Below, in pieces: positions 10,852 through 22,026 of a DNA stretch of 58,973 bases. The stretch is taken from assembly GCA_021296535.1 (NCBI GenBank), contig JAGWAG010000003.1, positions 1 through 58,973 on the forward strand, read 5' to 3'. The stretch comes from Acidobacteriota bacterium. GTDB lineage: Bacteria > Acidobacteriota > Thermoanaerobaculia > Multivoradales > Multivoraceae. The stretch's first letter is position 1. Every line of letters begins with the position of its first letter. Made by a program: the position numbers and the translations under genes. A model generated the notes under the pieces. It saw nothing but the letters and a program-made list of their open reading frames with translations, had not been told where the DNA came from and searched no databases.

Positions 10852-12120
10852 ATGACGAGCTTCGGACAAGCGACCTGGAGCGTGCTCGCCGAGCTCGCAC
10901 CGTGGCTGCTGGTCGGCGCTCTGCTCGCCGCGCTGCTGCACGTCCTGCTCCCCCGCAACCTGATCCGCCGGCAGCTCAGCGGCTACGCCGGTGCGATCAA
11001 GGCGGTTGCCCTGGGCGTACCGCTGCCGCTCTGCTCCTGCGGCGTGATCCCGGCCGGCATCGGCCTCAAGCGCACCGGCGCCAGCAACGGCTCGGCGATG
11101 GGCTTCCTGATCAGTACGCCGCAGACGGGCGTCGACTCGATTCTGGTCAGCGCGACCTTCCTCGGCTGGCCCTTTGCCCTGTTCAAGGTCGCGGCCGCCG
11201 CGGTGACCGGCGTGGCCGGCGGCTGGTGGATCGAGGGGATGAAGGACGACGGCGCGCCTGTCGAGGAAGAAGCTCCGCTTGAGGACGCCGGCGGCGAGCC
11301 GGGCGCCGGACATCGGTTCGGCGGCACGGTCCTTCCGAAGATCTCCGAAATGGTCGACCACGGCGCGGAACTCCTGCAGAGCATCTGGCGCTGGGTCGCG
11401 GTCGGCATCCTCGTGTCCGCAGCGATCGAGGTCCTGCTGCCGCAACAGGCGTGGCTCGACCTGGCCGCGCTGGGGACCTTCGGCGCGGCGGCGGCGGCGC
11501 TGGTCATCTCCCTGCCGCTCTACGTCTGCGCGACGGCCTCGGTACCGATCGCGGCCGCCCTGGTCGCCAATGGACTGCCACTGGGCGCCGCCCTCGTCTT
11601 CCTGATGGCCGGGCCCGCGACCAACGTCGCCACCGTGGGGGCCGTCTACCGCGGCTTCGGCCGCAAGGTCACGGCGGTCTACCTGACGACCGTCATCGTC
11701 GGCAGCCTCGGCTTCGCCGTGCTGTTCGAGACCCTGATCGGCGGCGGCGCGCTGCAGGTCGGGCCCGCGCACGAACACGGCGTCGCCTGGTGGGCCGCGA
11801 CGTCGGCGATCGCGCTCGTGCTGATGTTCGGCTGGTTCGCCGTGCAGGAGTTCCGGCGCTGGCGGCGCAACGCGAAAGCGGACCGGTGGTCGGCCGGCCA
11901 GGTGGCGGACGGCGAACCCGGCGGCAGGGCAGTTGAGATCGCGGTGACCGGCATGACCTGCGGAAACTGCGCGGATACGGTCGAGTCCGCCCTGCTCGCA
12001 GCGCCGGGGGTGAACGCCGCGCGTGTCGATCTGGCTGGCGGCACCGCGACGATATGGGGCGTGGCGGCCGCCGCGACGGTCCGCGAGGCCGTCCAGGACG
12101 CGGGCTTCGGAACCCCCTGA
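10852..12120 (+). CDS. DUF318/SO_0444-type metal permease fused to a C-terminal heavy-metal-associated (HMA) domain
   Basis: 422 aa. A polytopic protein with paired Cys motifs (PLPLCSCGVIP and LPLYVCATASVP) and a C-terminal VEIAVTGMTCGNCADTVESAL ferredoxin-like HMA domain. Confidence 0.8.
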   Translation: MTSFGQATWSVLAELAPWLLVGALLAALLHVLLPRNLIRRQLSGYAGAIKAVALGVPLPLCSCGVIPAGIGLKRTGASNGSAMGFLISTPQTGVDSILVSATFLGWPFALFKVAAAAVTGVAGGWWIEGMKDDGAPVEEEAPLEDAGGEPGAGHRFGGTVLPKISEMVDHGAELLQSIWRWVAVGILVSAAIEVLLPQQAWLDLAALGTFGAAAAALVISLPLYVCATASVPIAAALVANGLPLGAALVFLMAGPATNVATVGAVYRGFGRKVTAVYLTTVIVGSLGFAVLFETLIGGGALQVGPAHEHGVAWWAATSAIALVLMFGWFAVQEFRRWRRNAKADRWSAGQVADGEPGGRAVEIAVTGMTCGNCADTVESALLAAPGVNAARVDLAGGTATIWGVAAAATVREAVQDAGFGTP

Positions 12121-12194
12121 GCCATCCGGCGCGTCCAGAGCACACCGCCCGTTTGCACGCGACGCCCTCCCGGACATAACCTTCGCGCGCGAAC

Positions 12195-13322
12195 ATGAAA
12201 GCCGGAGTCGTACGCGAGAGGAGCCCGGGAGAGCGTCGGGTCGCGCTCGTACCCGAAAGCGTCACCCGAATTCACGCCAAGGGCGTTGACTTTCTTGTCG
12301 AAGCGGGCGCCGGTGCCGACGCCGGCTTCGACGACGACGCGTACCGCGAAGCCGGCGCCGAAATCGCAGCGACGGCCGGCGAGGTCCTGGCCTCCGCCGA
12401 TCTCGTCGTCCGCGTCCAGGCGCCCGAATCGAACGAGATCGAGGCCTCGAAGGCCGGCGCTTCGGTGATCGGCCTGCTCTTCCCCCTGACCGCCGGCCCG
12501 ATGGTGCGGCAATTGCGGGACGCGAAGCTCACCGCCATCGCGCTCGACCGGATTCCCCGCGTCACGCTCGCGCAGTCGATGGACGTCCTGAGTTCCCAGA
12601 GCACCGTCGCCGGCTACCGGGCCGCCGTGCTCGCCGCCTACCGCCTGCCTCAGTTCTTTCCGCTGCTGATGACGGCCGCGGGCCGTATCAATCCGGCTCG
12701 CGTTCTGGTCCTCGGCGCCGGCGTGGCCGGACTGCAGGCGATCGCCACCGCCCACCGGCTGGGCGCCGTGGTCGAGGCCTACGACGTCCGCGCCGTGGTG
12801 AAGGAACAGGTCGAGAGCCTGGGCGCCACTTTCGTCGAGGTTCCGGCGATCGAGGACGCCGAAACCGAGGGCGGCTACGCCCGCGAGGTCTCCGAGGAGA
12901 GCCAGCGGCGAGCGAACGAGGTGATTGCCGAGCGTCTGCGCTCGACCGACGCCTGCATCACGACGGCGCTGATTCCCGGACGCCCCGCGCCGCGCCTGAT
13001 CACGGCCGAGATGGTCGAGGGGATGCCCCACGGTTCCCTCGTCGTCGACCTGGCGGCCGAACAGGGCGGCAACTGCGAGCTGACGAAGCCCGGCGAGGAA
13101 GTCACCGTGAACGGCGTCACCGTGCTCGGCCCGCTCAATCTGGCCAGCGATCTGGCGGCCGACGCCAGCCGCATGTTCTCGCGCAACGCCGAGAAGCTCG
13201 TGCTCTATCTGCTGAACGACGGCGAGCTGAGCTACGACTTCGACAACGAGATCGTCAAGGGTTGCGTCGTCACGCACGACGGCGAGATCGTCGACACACA
13301 GGTCGCTGAAGCCCTGGCCTGA
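12195..13322 (+). CDS. pntAA: NAD(P) transhydrogenase subunit alpha part 1
   Basis: 375 aa with the AlaDH/PNT fold and a Rossmann motif (VLVLGAGVAGLQA). Gene order is pntAA-pntAB-pntB. Confidence 0.9.
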   Translation: MKAGVVRERSPGERRVALVPESVTRIHAKGVDFLVEAGAGADAGFDDDAYREAGAEIAATAGEVLASADLVVRVQAPESNEIEASKAGASVIGLLFPLTAGPMVRQLRDAKLTAIALDRIPRVTLAQSMDVLSSQSTVAGYRAAVLAAYRLPQFFPLLMTAAGRINPARVLVLGAGVAGLQAIATAHRLGAVVEAYDVRAVVKEQVESLGATFVEVPAIEDAETEGGYAREVSEESQRRANEVIAERLRSTDACITTALIPGRPAPRLITAEMVEGMPHGSLVVDLAAEQGGNCELTKPGEEVTVNGVTVLGPLNLASDLAADASRMFSRNAEKLVLYLLNDGELSYDFDNEIVKGCVVTHDGEIVDTQVAEALA

Positions 13323-13366
13323 CGCAACGTCAAGGCCCGAACCCCGCGCAAGGAGGAGCAACCGAA

Positions 13367-13677
13367 ATGCTCGAGATCTTCCTTGGGCTGTACATCTTCA
13401 TGCTCGCGGCCTTCGTCGGCTACGGCGTGATCAAGGGTGTACCGGCCCTGCTCCACACTCCGCTGATGGCGTTCACGAACGCGATCTCCGGCATCTCCCT
13501 GGTCGGCTCCCTGGTCGCGGCCGGCGCTCACTACAACGACGTGAGCACCGTGCTCGGCGCGATCGCCGTGCTCTGCGCGACGATCAACGTCGTCGGCGGC
13601 TTCTGGATCACGGACCGCATGCTGCGGATGTTCAAGAAGCAGGACCCGAAGGCTGACGCGGCGGGAGATGCCGCATC

Positions 13678-13681
<4 letters not shown>
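13367..13681 (+). CDS. pntAB: NAD(P) transhydrogenase subunit alpha part 2 (membrane)
   Basis: A 104-aa hydrophobic protein (TPLMAFTNAISGISLVG...INVVGGFWITDRML). AAGGAGG lies upstream of the ATG at 13367. Confidence 0.9.
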
Positions 13682-15081
<1,400 letters not shown>

Positions 15082-15108
15082 GGGCCACCTGCAAAGCCTC
15101 GGCCTGAA

Positions 15109-15518
15109 TCAGCCAAGCCGGGAGTCCAGCCGGAACGGCCGTAACCTGCCCGGCTTCACTCGGTCGAAGTCCCGATGAAGCGGGTTGATCACGATGTTGC
15201 GCTCCAGCGGGTTGACGACACTGGGAACGGCGACCGCCAGGTGGCGATCCAGGGCGGCTGCGCCGAGCCGCTGACCTCCAGGTGAGCGATCGAACCGTCC
15301 GGGACGGTCAGATCGACAATCCGATAGGCCGGATGGTCCACTCCAAACGGCAAGCCGACCAGAATCTCCAACAGGGCGAGGGATGACGTTTCGCAGCAGT
15401 AGACGGCTCGCATTCCGGCCGGACTCCACCTGCCGCCCCGGCGCGAGGCGCCTTCGCCGCTGAGGATCGTGGCCACGTCCGGCGCCCACTGCGTCCGGGC
15501 GAGTCGCCAGACCTTCAC
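15109..15518 (-). pseudogene. RES-domain toxin, frameshifted or internally deleted as assembled
   Basis: The N-terminal part (GTG at 15518) reads MKVWRLART...GASRRGGRWSPAGMRAVYCCETSSLALLEILV. The C-terminal part (RLGAAALDRHLAVAVPSVVNPLERNIVINPLHRDFDRV...FRLDSRLG, ending at 15109) is in another frame. The junction is near 15265-15285. The usual LPxxW segment appears to be missing. Confidence 0.7.
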
Positions 15519-15525
15519 GCGACGC

Positions 15526-15924
15526 TCACAGGGGAATGCCGTGGGCGAGCCGGTGGAGGACCGTCAGAACCTCCTCCGCACCGACCTCCGTGTCGGAATG
15601 CTCCAGGGGCGTTTCGCCGGCCAACGCGGGATTGCGGTGCTTGAGCCACCGGACCGCGCTCTCGTGGTTGTAGTCGAAGAACTCGAGCGCAGCGTTGTAG
15701 ACCCGCGCCAGCCGCGCCGCACGGTCGCTTTCGTGCCGGGTGAGCCGGCCCTGCTTCAGCCGGCGGAGCATGGTCTGGCGTGGAATGCCGACGACTGCAA
15801 CGAGTTCCAGGTCGGAAACCTGAAGCAGCCGCTTGAGCTCGGAGAGGATGCTGGCGGATGCCCCGCCCCGGATCTCCTCGAGATCGGGGATGCCCAACGG
15901 TTGTGCTTGCTCGTGCTCAGCCAT
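15526..15924 (-). CDS. Xre-type antitoxin of a RES-Xre pair (DUF2384 / MbcA-ParS family)
   Basis: 132 aa from the ATG at 15924. It has an HTH (LVAVVGIPRQTMLRRLKQGRL) and a C-terminal ALEFFDYNHESAVRWLKHRNPALAGETPLE motif. It lies immediately upstream of the RES gene, 8 nt away. Confidence 0.75.
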   Translation of the reverse strand: MAEHEQAQPLGIPDLEEIRGGASASILSELKRLLQVSDLELVAVVGIPRQTMLRRLKQGRLTRHESDRAARLARVYNAALEFFDYNHESAVRWLKHRNPALAGETPLEHSDTEVGAEEVLTVLHRLAHGIPL

Positions 15925-16048
15925 TGAATATGCGACCCTGCGATTCCGTACCATTTGGCGCAGACAACAGTACCACATGGCCAAATTGGTCGATGGCCAT
16001 TCCGCATCACTCGTCATGCCGGCCGGAGGCCGGCCTGCCGATCTGCCC

Positions 16049-17131
16049 CTACTCGCCCAGGCAGATGCCAAGGTCGCGGGCGGTGGCGACGACGTCGGCT
16101 TCCAGGGGGACGCTCTTCATCCGGCTGACCGCGCGTTCGAGCGGCACTGCCCGCACGGTGGGCGGGTCGAGGGCGACCATCACGCCAAACTTCCCTTCTT
16201 CGATCTGGCGGACGGCCGCGGCGCCGAAGCGCAGGGCGATCAAGCGGTCGTAGGGGATCGGCTGGCCGCCGCGCTGGAGATGGCCGAGGGTGACGGTGCG
16301 GGTCTCCTTGCCGGTGCGTTCGTGAATCTCGGCCGCCACCCGTTCGGCGACACCGCCGAGGCGCTCGACCGGACCGCCTCCGACGCCCTTCGACCAGGTG
16401 AAGTCGCCGCCGACCGGTCGCGCTCCCTCGGCCGCGACGACGACCGCGAAGTGTCGTCCCCGCCGCTCACGCGCCATGAGGTGATCGCAGACTTCGTCCA
16501 TGTCGTACGGGATCTCGGGGATCAGGATGACCTGGGCCGTCGCCGCGACGCCCGCAAAGAGGGCGATCCAGCCCGCGTAGCGGCCCATCAGCTCGACGAC
16601 GAAGATGCGGTCGTGCGCCTCGGCAGTCGAGTGCAGCCGCTCGATGGCCGCTGTCGCCACGTCGACCGCGGTGTGGAAGCCAAAGGTCACGTTGGTGCCG
16701 GCAAGGTCGTTGTCGATCGTCTTCGGCACGCCGACGACCGGTACGCCGAGTTTGTGCAGCTTGAGGGCAAGCCGCATGGAACCATCGCCGCCGACCGCGA
16801 CGAGCGCGTCCAGGCCGAGCCGATGGAAACCTGCGATCGCTTCCTCCGTGAGGTCCTCCACGACGACCGAGCCGTCCTCCTGCTCGACCCGGCGCTCGAA
16901 GGGGTTCGCGCCGCTGCGCGTGCCCAGGATCGTGCCGCCGAGATGGGTCGTGCCGCGCACCGCGTCGCGGTCGAGGACGCGGACCTGGCTTGGGTCGAAG
17001 AAGGCGCCGTAGCCGCGCAGCAGGCCGAAGACCTCCCAGCCACGGCGAATGGAGGCCAGGGTGACGGCCCGGATCACCGCGTTGAGCCCGGGCGCGTCGC
17101 CGCCACCGGTGCTGATACCGATTCGCTTCAT
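16049..17131 (-). CDS. pfkA: 6-phosphofructokinase
   Basis: 360 aa with GGGDAPGLNAVIR, GGDGS, GVPKTIDNDL, MGRYAGWIA and LGHLQRGG. Confidence 0.85.
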   Translation of the reverse strand: MKRIGISTGGGDAPGLNAVIRAVTLASIRRGWEVFGLLRGYGAFFDPSQVRVLDRDAVRGTTHLGGTILGTRSGANPFERRVEQEDGSVVVEDLTEEAIAGFHRLGLDALVAVGGDGSMRLALKLHKLGVPVVGVPKTIDNDLAGTNVTFGFHTAVDVATAAIERLHSTAEAHDRIFVVELMGRYAGWIALFAGVAATAQVILIPEIPYDMDEVCDHLMARERRGRHFAVVVAAEGARPVGGDFTWSKGVGGGPVERLGGVAERVAAEIHERTGKETRTVTLGHLQRGGQPIPYDRLIALRFGAAAVRQIEEGKFGVMVALDPPTVRAVPLERAVSRMKSVPLEADVVATARDLGICLGE

Positions 17132-17237
17132 CGAACTGTGGAGATTCGCACAGTGACGCGGCTAGCGTCTACTGCCTGGCCGCACTTCCCGGCCCACGCC
17201 GACCGGCACCCGGGGGGCGACGCAGTTGGTCTCAGCT

Positions 17238-18257
17238 TCAGTCCGGGTTCTCGAGGCGGTGGTACATCCGCTGGACCTCCACGTCGGAGGGATTGCGAAA
17301 ACCGGTGTCCGACATGTCGATCGTCTCGATCGCCTCCTCGACGGAGACCCCGGCCGCGTGCTTCGCCGCGGTTCGCTCCCACAGAGCCCGGTAGTAGTCC
17401 TGCGACTTCTCGATCGGACTCAGGTCGGTCATCGGCGGCCCATGCCCGGGAACAACGATGTCGAAGTCGAGCGCTTTCAGGTTCTCAAGCGTCTGGGGCC
17501 AGTCGTCGACATAGCCGTCGCCGAGGAAGGACGGTCCACCGAACAGGATGTCGCCGGTGAAGACGAGCTTGTCCTGCGGGAAGTAGACGACGACGTCCCC
17601 GCCGGTGTGGGCGCGGCCCAGGAAGATGACCTGGATCTCGCGGCCGCCCCGGAACAGGGTCATCTTCTCGTTCATCGTCACGTCGGGCGGCAGCGGGACG
17701 ATCTCGTCGAAGTCCGCGGCATGGGCGGCGAACATCGCGCGGTAGGCCTCGAGCCCTTCGCGCTCCTCGTCGTCTTCGGCCGCCTCGATCTCGCCCGCGA
17801 GCCGCTCCAGCGTCGCCGCGTTCCCGGCCAGCCCACGCAGGTAGGTCGGCTCCTCGTGAGCGCCGGTCGCCATCTTCATCCGCGTGTAATCGTGGCCGAT
17901 GATCGGAATGTCGGCGAACTCCTGGTTGCCGTGGGCGTGATCCCAGTGGTAGTGGGAGTTGATCAAGGCCGTGACGGGCTTGTCCGTGATCGCCGGAATC
18001 GAAGCGATCAGGTCCCGCGCCTTGGACGGCGTCACGTGGGAATCCACGATGACCACGTCCTCGTCATTGACGATGACGAGCGCGTTGCTGTTGAACACCT
18101 GCGCCGTGGTCTGGGTCAGCCAGATGCCGTTGCGGACCTCCATGAAGCGGTGGGTGTCCGTCGTCGTGGTCCATTCCTGCGCCCACAACGAACCCGCCGC
18201 GAACACCGAGGCCGCGACGAGCGCGGGTCGAATCGTCAGTCGAAGAGCGTGTTTCAT
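17238..18257 (-). CDS. secreted MBL-fold metallo-hydrolase
   Basis: The ATG at 18257 follows GGGAGG. It has a signal peptide (MKHALRLTIRPALVAASVFAAGSLWAQ) and the HxHxDH motif (NSHYHWDHAHG). The part of the 447-aa ORF upstream of 18257 was rejected. Confidence 0.8.
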   Translation of the reverse strand: MKHALRLTIRPALVAASVFAAGSLWAQEWTTTTDTHRFMEVRNGIWLTQTTAQVFNSNALVIVNDEDVVIVDSHVTPSKARDLIASIPAITDKPVTALINSHYHWDHAHGNQEFADIPIIGHDYTRMKMATGAHEEPTYLRGLAGNAATLERLAGEIEAAEDDEEREGLEAYRAMFAAHAADFDEIVPLPPDVTMNEKMTLFRGGREIQVIFLGRAHTGGDVVVYFPQDKLVFTGDILFGGPSFLGDGYVDDWPQTLENLKALDFDIVVPGHGPPMTDLSPIEKSQDYYRALWERTAAKHAAGVSVEEAIETIDMSDTGFRNPSDVEVQRMYHRLENPD

Positions 18258-18315
18258 GGAGCCTCCCTCTCGTGGTCCGCCAGTTTCCGGCGACGGTCTA
18301 CAATACGCCAACCTG

Positions 18316-19893
18316 ATGGAGTTCTCCGTCCTCCGGCTGCTCGCCGCAGCCAGACCGGCTCTTGCCCTGATCTGCGTCGCCGCCCTGGCCGCGACGGCCC
18401 AGGCGCGCGCGGAGGAAGGCGACGCTGCATCCGCGGCCGCCAAGCCGCCCCCTCCGCCGGGCCGCTGGGAGACCAGCCACTCGATCGAGGTCGGCGGTGA
18501 GACGGTCGAGTACGACGCCGTCGTCACCGGAATCCAGCTCGACAACGACGACGGCGCTCCGGCCGCACATCTCTGGTACACGGCGTACTTCCGGACGAAC
18601 GGCGCGGCATCGCAGGAACGCCCACTGGTGTTCTCCTACAACGGAGGCCCCGGCTCCGCGTCCTTCTGGCTGCACATGGGGATCATGGGGCCGCGGCGGG
18701 TCGTTACGCCCGACGTCGGCCCGCAGGGAGCGCCGCCCTACCCGCTCGAGGACAACGCCTGGACCCTCCTCGACATCGCCGACATCGTGATGGTCGATCC
18801 CGTAGGCACCGGCTTCAGCCGCACGCTGGGCGAGACTCCGGGCTCCGACTACTGGGGCATCGACGAGGACGCGAAGTCGCTTGCCCAGTTCATCCGTCGG
18901 TTCCTCAGCGCACACGACCGCTGGAACTCGCCCCGCTACCTGCTCGGCGAGAGCTACGGCACGACCCGCTCGGCGGTGCTCGCCGGCCACCTGCAGCGCG
19001 CGAACATCGACCTGAACGGCATCGTCCTGGTCTCCTCGGTCCTGCAGTTCAACACGATCCAGTTCGCACCCGGCGACGACCTTGCCTACATCGTCAACCT
19101 GCCGTCCTACACCGTCGCCGCCCGCTACCTGGACGCGCTGCCGGAGGGCACCCCGGCGGATCTCGGGACCCTGATGGCCGAAGTCGAGGAATGGGCGCTC
19201 ACCGAGTACGCCACCGCGCTGCTCCGCGGCAGCACGCTCGACGCGGACACCCGCGTCCGGGTGATCGACCGCCTGCACCGCTACACCGGGCTCTCGCGCG
19301 ACTTTCTCGACAAGTCGGACCTGCGGGTGACGGCTCCGGCCTTCGAGGCCGAGCTGCTGCGCAACGAGGGGAAGATCGTCGGCCGCCTGGACGCCCGCTT
19401 CACCGGCCCGGCGGGAGACACGCTGGGGGCCCGGCCTTCGCACGATCCGCAGTCCACGGCGATCAGCTCGGCCTACACGTCCGCGTTCAACAGCTACCTG
19501 CGGGGCGAGCTCGGCTACGACGGCGACCGCGAGTACGTCCCGAGCGGCGCCGTCCGCGACTGGAACTGGGGGCGGGTGAGCGCGGGCCGCTTCTCGCGCG
19601 GCGACGGCACACCGAACGTCGCCCCTGACCTGGCCGCCGCAATGCGCCGGAATCCGGAGCTCGAAGTGCTCCTGATCAACGGCCTGTACGACCTGGCGAC
19701 GCCCTACTTCGCCGCTGTCTGGACGCTGGACCACATGGGCCTGCCGCCGGAACTCAGGGCCAACATCCAGCGCGAGGACTTCGCCGCAGGGCACATGATG
19801 TACGTGGATCAGTCCCTGCTGCCGCAGTGGAAGGAAACGCTCGACGCCTTCATCCTGCGCACGTCGGGCAGCGCCGCGCGAGATCCCGAGTAG
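18316..19893 (+). CDS. peptidase S10 (serine carboxypeptidase) family protein, secreted
   Basis: The ATG at 18316 opens a signal peptide (MEFSVLRLLAAARPALALICVAALAATAQA). Family motifs are FSYNGGPGSAS and the catalytic Ser motif LLGESYGT. Confidence 0.8.
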   Translation: MEFSVLRLLAAARPALALICVAALAATAQARAEEGDAASAAAKPPPPPGRWETSHSIEVGGETVEYDAVVTGIQLDNDDGAPAAHLWYTAYFRTNGAASQERPLVFSYNGGPGSASFWLHMGIMGPRRVVTPDVGPQGAPPYPLEDNAWTLLDIADIVMVDPVGTGFSRTLGETPGSDYWGIDEDAKSLAQFIRRFLSAHDRWNSPRYLLGESYGTTRSAVLAGHLQRANIDLNGIVLVSSVLQFNTIQFAPGDDLAYIVNLPSYTVAARYLDALPEGTPADLGTLMAEVEEWALTEYATALLRGSTLDADTRVRVIDRLHRYTGLSRDFLDKSDLRVTAPAFEAELLRNEGKIVGRLDARFTGPAGDTLGARPSHDPQSTAISSAYTSAFNSYLRGELGYDGDREYVPSGAVRDWNWGRVSAGRFSRGDGTPNVAPDLAAAMRRNPELEVLLINGLYDLATPYFAAVWTLDHMGLPPELRANIQREDFAAGHMMYVDQSLLPQWKETLDAFILRTSGSAARDPE

Positions 19894-20157
19894 CACTTGC
19901 CTCGCGCCCCGAACCCCCTTAGCCGGCCCGGTGCCTGGGTCCATCCCGTCGCCGTCCGGGAATAAACGGAACTGATACAGTGTTACAAGTTCGTAGAGCA
20001 CGGAGCCACTAGCCACTACGCCATCGCCATGAAACAAGCAGCCCGTGGTAGAAGTCCGCGTCGCACCGAGAGCGGTCAGGCGCCCGTCCAGCAAGGCGCG
20101 ACGAGGGAGCATATCGGGCCATCTTCGACCGAGGAGCAACACAGCTGGGCGGGATGC

Positions 20158-22026
20158 ATGGCCGCTCGAATGCAGCGCGACTTCTGCCACGGGCTGCGGC
20201 ACCTCGGGACCGTCCTGGCCTTTCTGTGCGCCGCCGCCCTCGTACTGCCGGCAGCGGGCGGGTCCGAAGAGCCGGGCGCAGCGAGCGAAACAGCGCCCCT
20301 GGCGCTCACGCCGGCCGAGTACAACAACACGGTCGCCGACCTGCTCGGCTTCCCCCGAGACGGCGAACTGTGGCCGAAGCGACCGCCCGTTGCCGACCGG
20401 ATCAGCCCGCGGCGCGCCGCCAGCAAGGGCGTGTTCTCGCCGCCGCCACCACCCGACCCCTGGCCGTGGCATTTTCCGGCCGAGCCAGGCTCCGATGGCT
20501 TCGAGGGCATCGCACAAGGCCAGAATCCGTCCTCCTACCAGGTCGAGGAACTGCACCTCGCCGGGATGCACTTCGGGTCCTTCGCCCTGCTGTCGCCGAC
20601 CTTCTTCGACTGCTCAGGATGGTCCGACCTCCCGTCCGCGGAGCGTGAGGCCTGCGCCGCAACGAGCATCCTCCGGTTCGCCGAGCGCGCCTGGCGCCGG
20701 CCCTTGCGCGACGGCGAGCGCGACCGGATCGAGGCGTTCTGGCGGGTGCAGCACGAATCCGAACCGATCGACGAGGCGGTGGCCCTCACCGTCGCCGGCA
20801 TCCTGCAGGCCCCGGCGTTCCACTTCAAGCTCGAGCCGGGCGCGAACGACGCCACAAAGCTGGATCGGTGGCAACTCGCCACGCGGCTCTCCTACTTCCT
20901 CTGGGACTCGATGCCGGACGACGAGTTGTTCCGGGCGGCCCGCACCGGCGAACTCGACACCCCGGAAGGCCTCGAACGCCAGGCTGAGCGCATGCTCGAC
21001 GACGCGAAGGCACGGCCGGCCGTCGTCCACTTCCACCATCAATGGCTCGGCACCGAACAGGTCCTTCTGATCGCTCCGGCGCGCCGTGCTTTCGGCCCCC
21101 GGTTCGGCCTCTCCACCCAGGTGCACAACGCCCGCGACGACGACACGAAGTGGCCGGCGATCATCGGGCCCATCCGCCATTCGATGAAGCTCGAGACCGA
21201 GCTGTTCGTCGAAGAGGCGATCTTCGACCGCGCGGGAACCTTCACCGAGCTGATGACCGGCAACCACGGCTACATGTCGCGCAGCACCAGGCCGATCTAC
21301 GGTGTGACGACCACCCCGGACAAAGGGCGGGCCGCCGTGACCCGGAAGATCGAGTACGTTACCGCCTCGATCGGACGCAGGAAGCCGCTCACCCTCAAGC
21401 CGGTGAAGCTCGATCCCACGCAGCGAGCCGGCGTGCTGACCCTGCCGTCGGTGCTGGCGATCGGCGCGTACGCCGTGCAGCCCGGCCCGATCCCCCGGGG
21501 CGTGCGCATCCTGGAGCGCATCGCCTGCATGGACCTGGGCGAGCCGGTCGAAGGGGTCGAGAGCGCCCTGCCGCCCGACGCGCTGGGCGTCGAGAGCACG
21601 AACCGCGAACGGACCGCCGCCGCGACCAAACCCGGCGAATGCAACACATGCCATCGCCGGATCAACCCGGCCGGCTTCGCCTTCGAGCACTACGACGCGA
21701 TGGGAGCCTGGCGCGCCGAGGACAACGGCCAGCCGGTCGACGCCAGCGGCTCGCTCCGACTCCCCGGCGCCGAAGTGCTCACCTTCGCCGAGGGAGTCGA
21801 GTTCGCGCACGAACTGGCCGCGAGCCGCCGGGTCCGGGACTGCTACGCACTACACTGGACGCGCTACGCACTCGGAAGCCACCTTGAGCGGAACGCGCCC
21901 GGCCTCGAACCGATTCAGCAGCGCTTCCGCGAGAACGACTCGGTCAAGGCACTCCTCGTTTCCATCGCGACCAGCGACCTCTTCCGCACACGCGCAACCG
22001 AACCAGGCTCCGGAGTCGACGGATGA
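20158..22026 (+). CDS. DUF1587/DUF1592/DUF1588-family protein (Planctomycete-type PSD-like)
   Basis: Motifs present are LTPAEYNNTVADLLG, LATRLSYFLWDSMPDDELF and CNTCHRRINPAGFAFEHYDAMGAWR. The start is uncertain (20029, 20158 or 20170). The hydrophobic segment LGTVLAFLCAAALVLPAAG favours 20158 or 20170. Confidence 0.75.
   Translation: MAARMQRDFCHGLRHLGTVLAFLCAAALVLPAAGGSEEPGAASETAPLALTPAEYNNTVADLLGFPRDGELWPKRPPVADRISPRRAASKGVFSPPPPPDPWPWHFPAEPGSDGFEGIAQGQNPSSYQVEELHLAGMHFGSFALLSPTFFDCSGWSDLPSAEREACAATSILRFAERAWRRPLRDGERDRIEAFWRVQHESEPIDEAVALTVAGILQAPAFHFKLEPGANDATKLDRWQLATRLSYFLWDSMPDDELFRAARTGELDTPEGLERQAERMLDDAKARPAVVHFHHQWLGTEQVLLIAPARRAFGPRFGLSTQVHNARDDDTKWPAIIGPIRHSMKLETELFVEEAIFDRAGTFTELMTGNHGYMSRSTRPIYGVTTTPDKGRAAVTRKIEYVTASIGRRKPLTLKPVKLDPTQRAGVLTLPSVLAIGAYAVQPGPIPRGVRILERIACMDLGEPVEGVESALPPDALGVESTNRERTAAATKPGECNTCHRRINPAGFAFEHYDAMGAWRAEDNGQPVDASGSLRLPGAEVLTFAEGVEFAHELAASRRVRDCYALHWTRYALGSHLERNAPGLEPIQQRFRENDSVKALLVSIATSDLFRTRATEPGSGVDG

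Noticed and set aside
12120-12195. Possible terminator or attenuator between the permease-HMA gene and pntAA.
   Set aside because: There is no convincing GC stem followed by a T-tract.
19955-19990. ECF-sigma-like promoter GGAAC...CGT upstream of the DUF1592-family gene (GGAACTGATACAGTGTTACAAGTTCGTAG).
   Set aside because: The spacer between GGAAC and CGT is about 19 nt by my count, longer than the usual 16-17 nt. No ECF or anti-sigma genes lie nearby, so the evidence is too weak to call.
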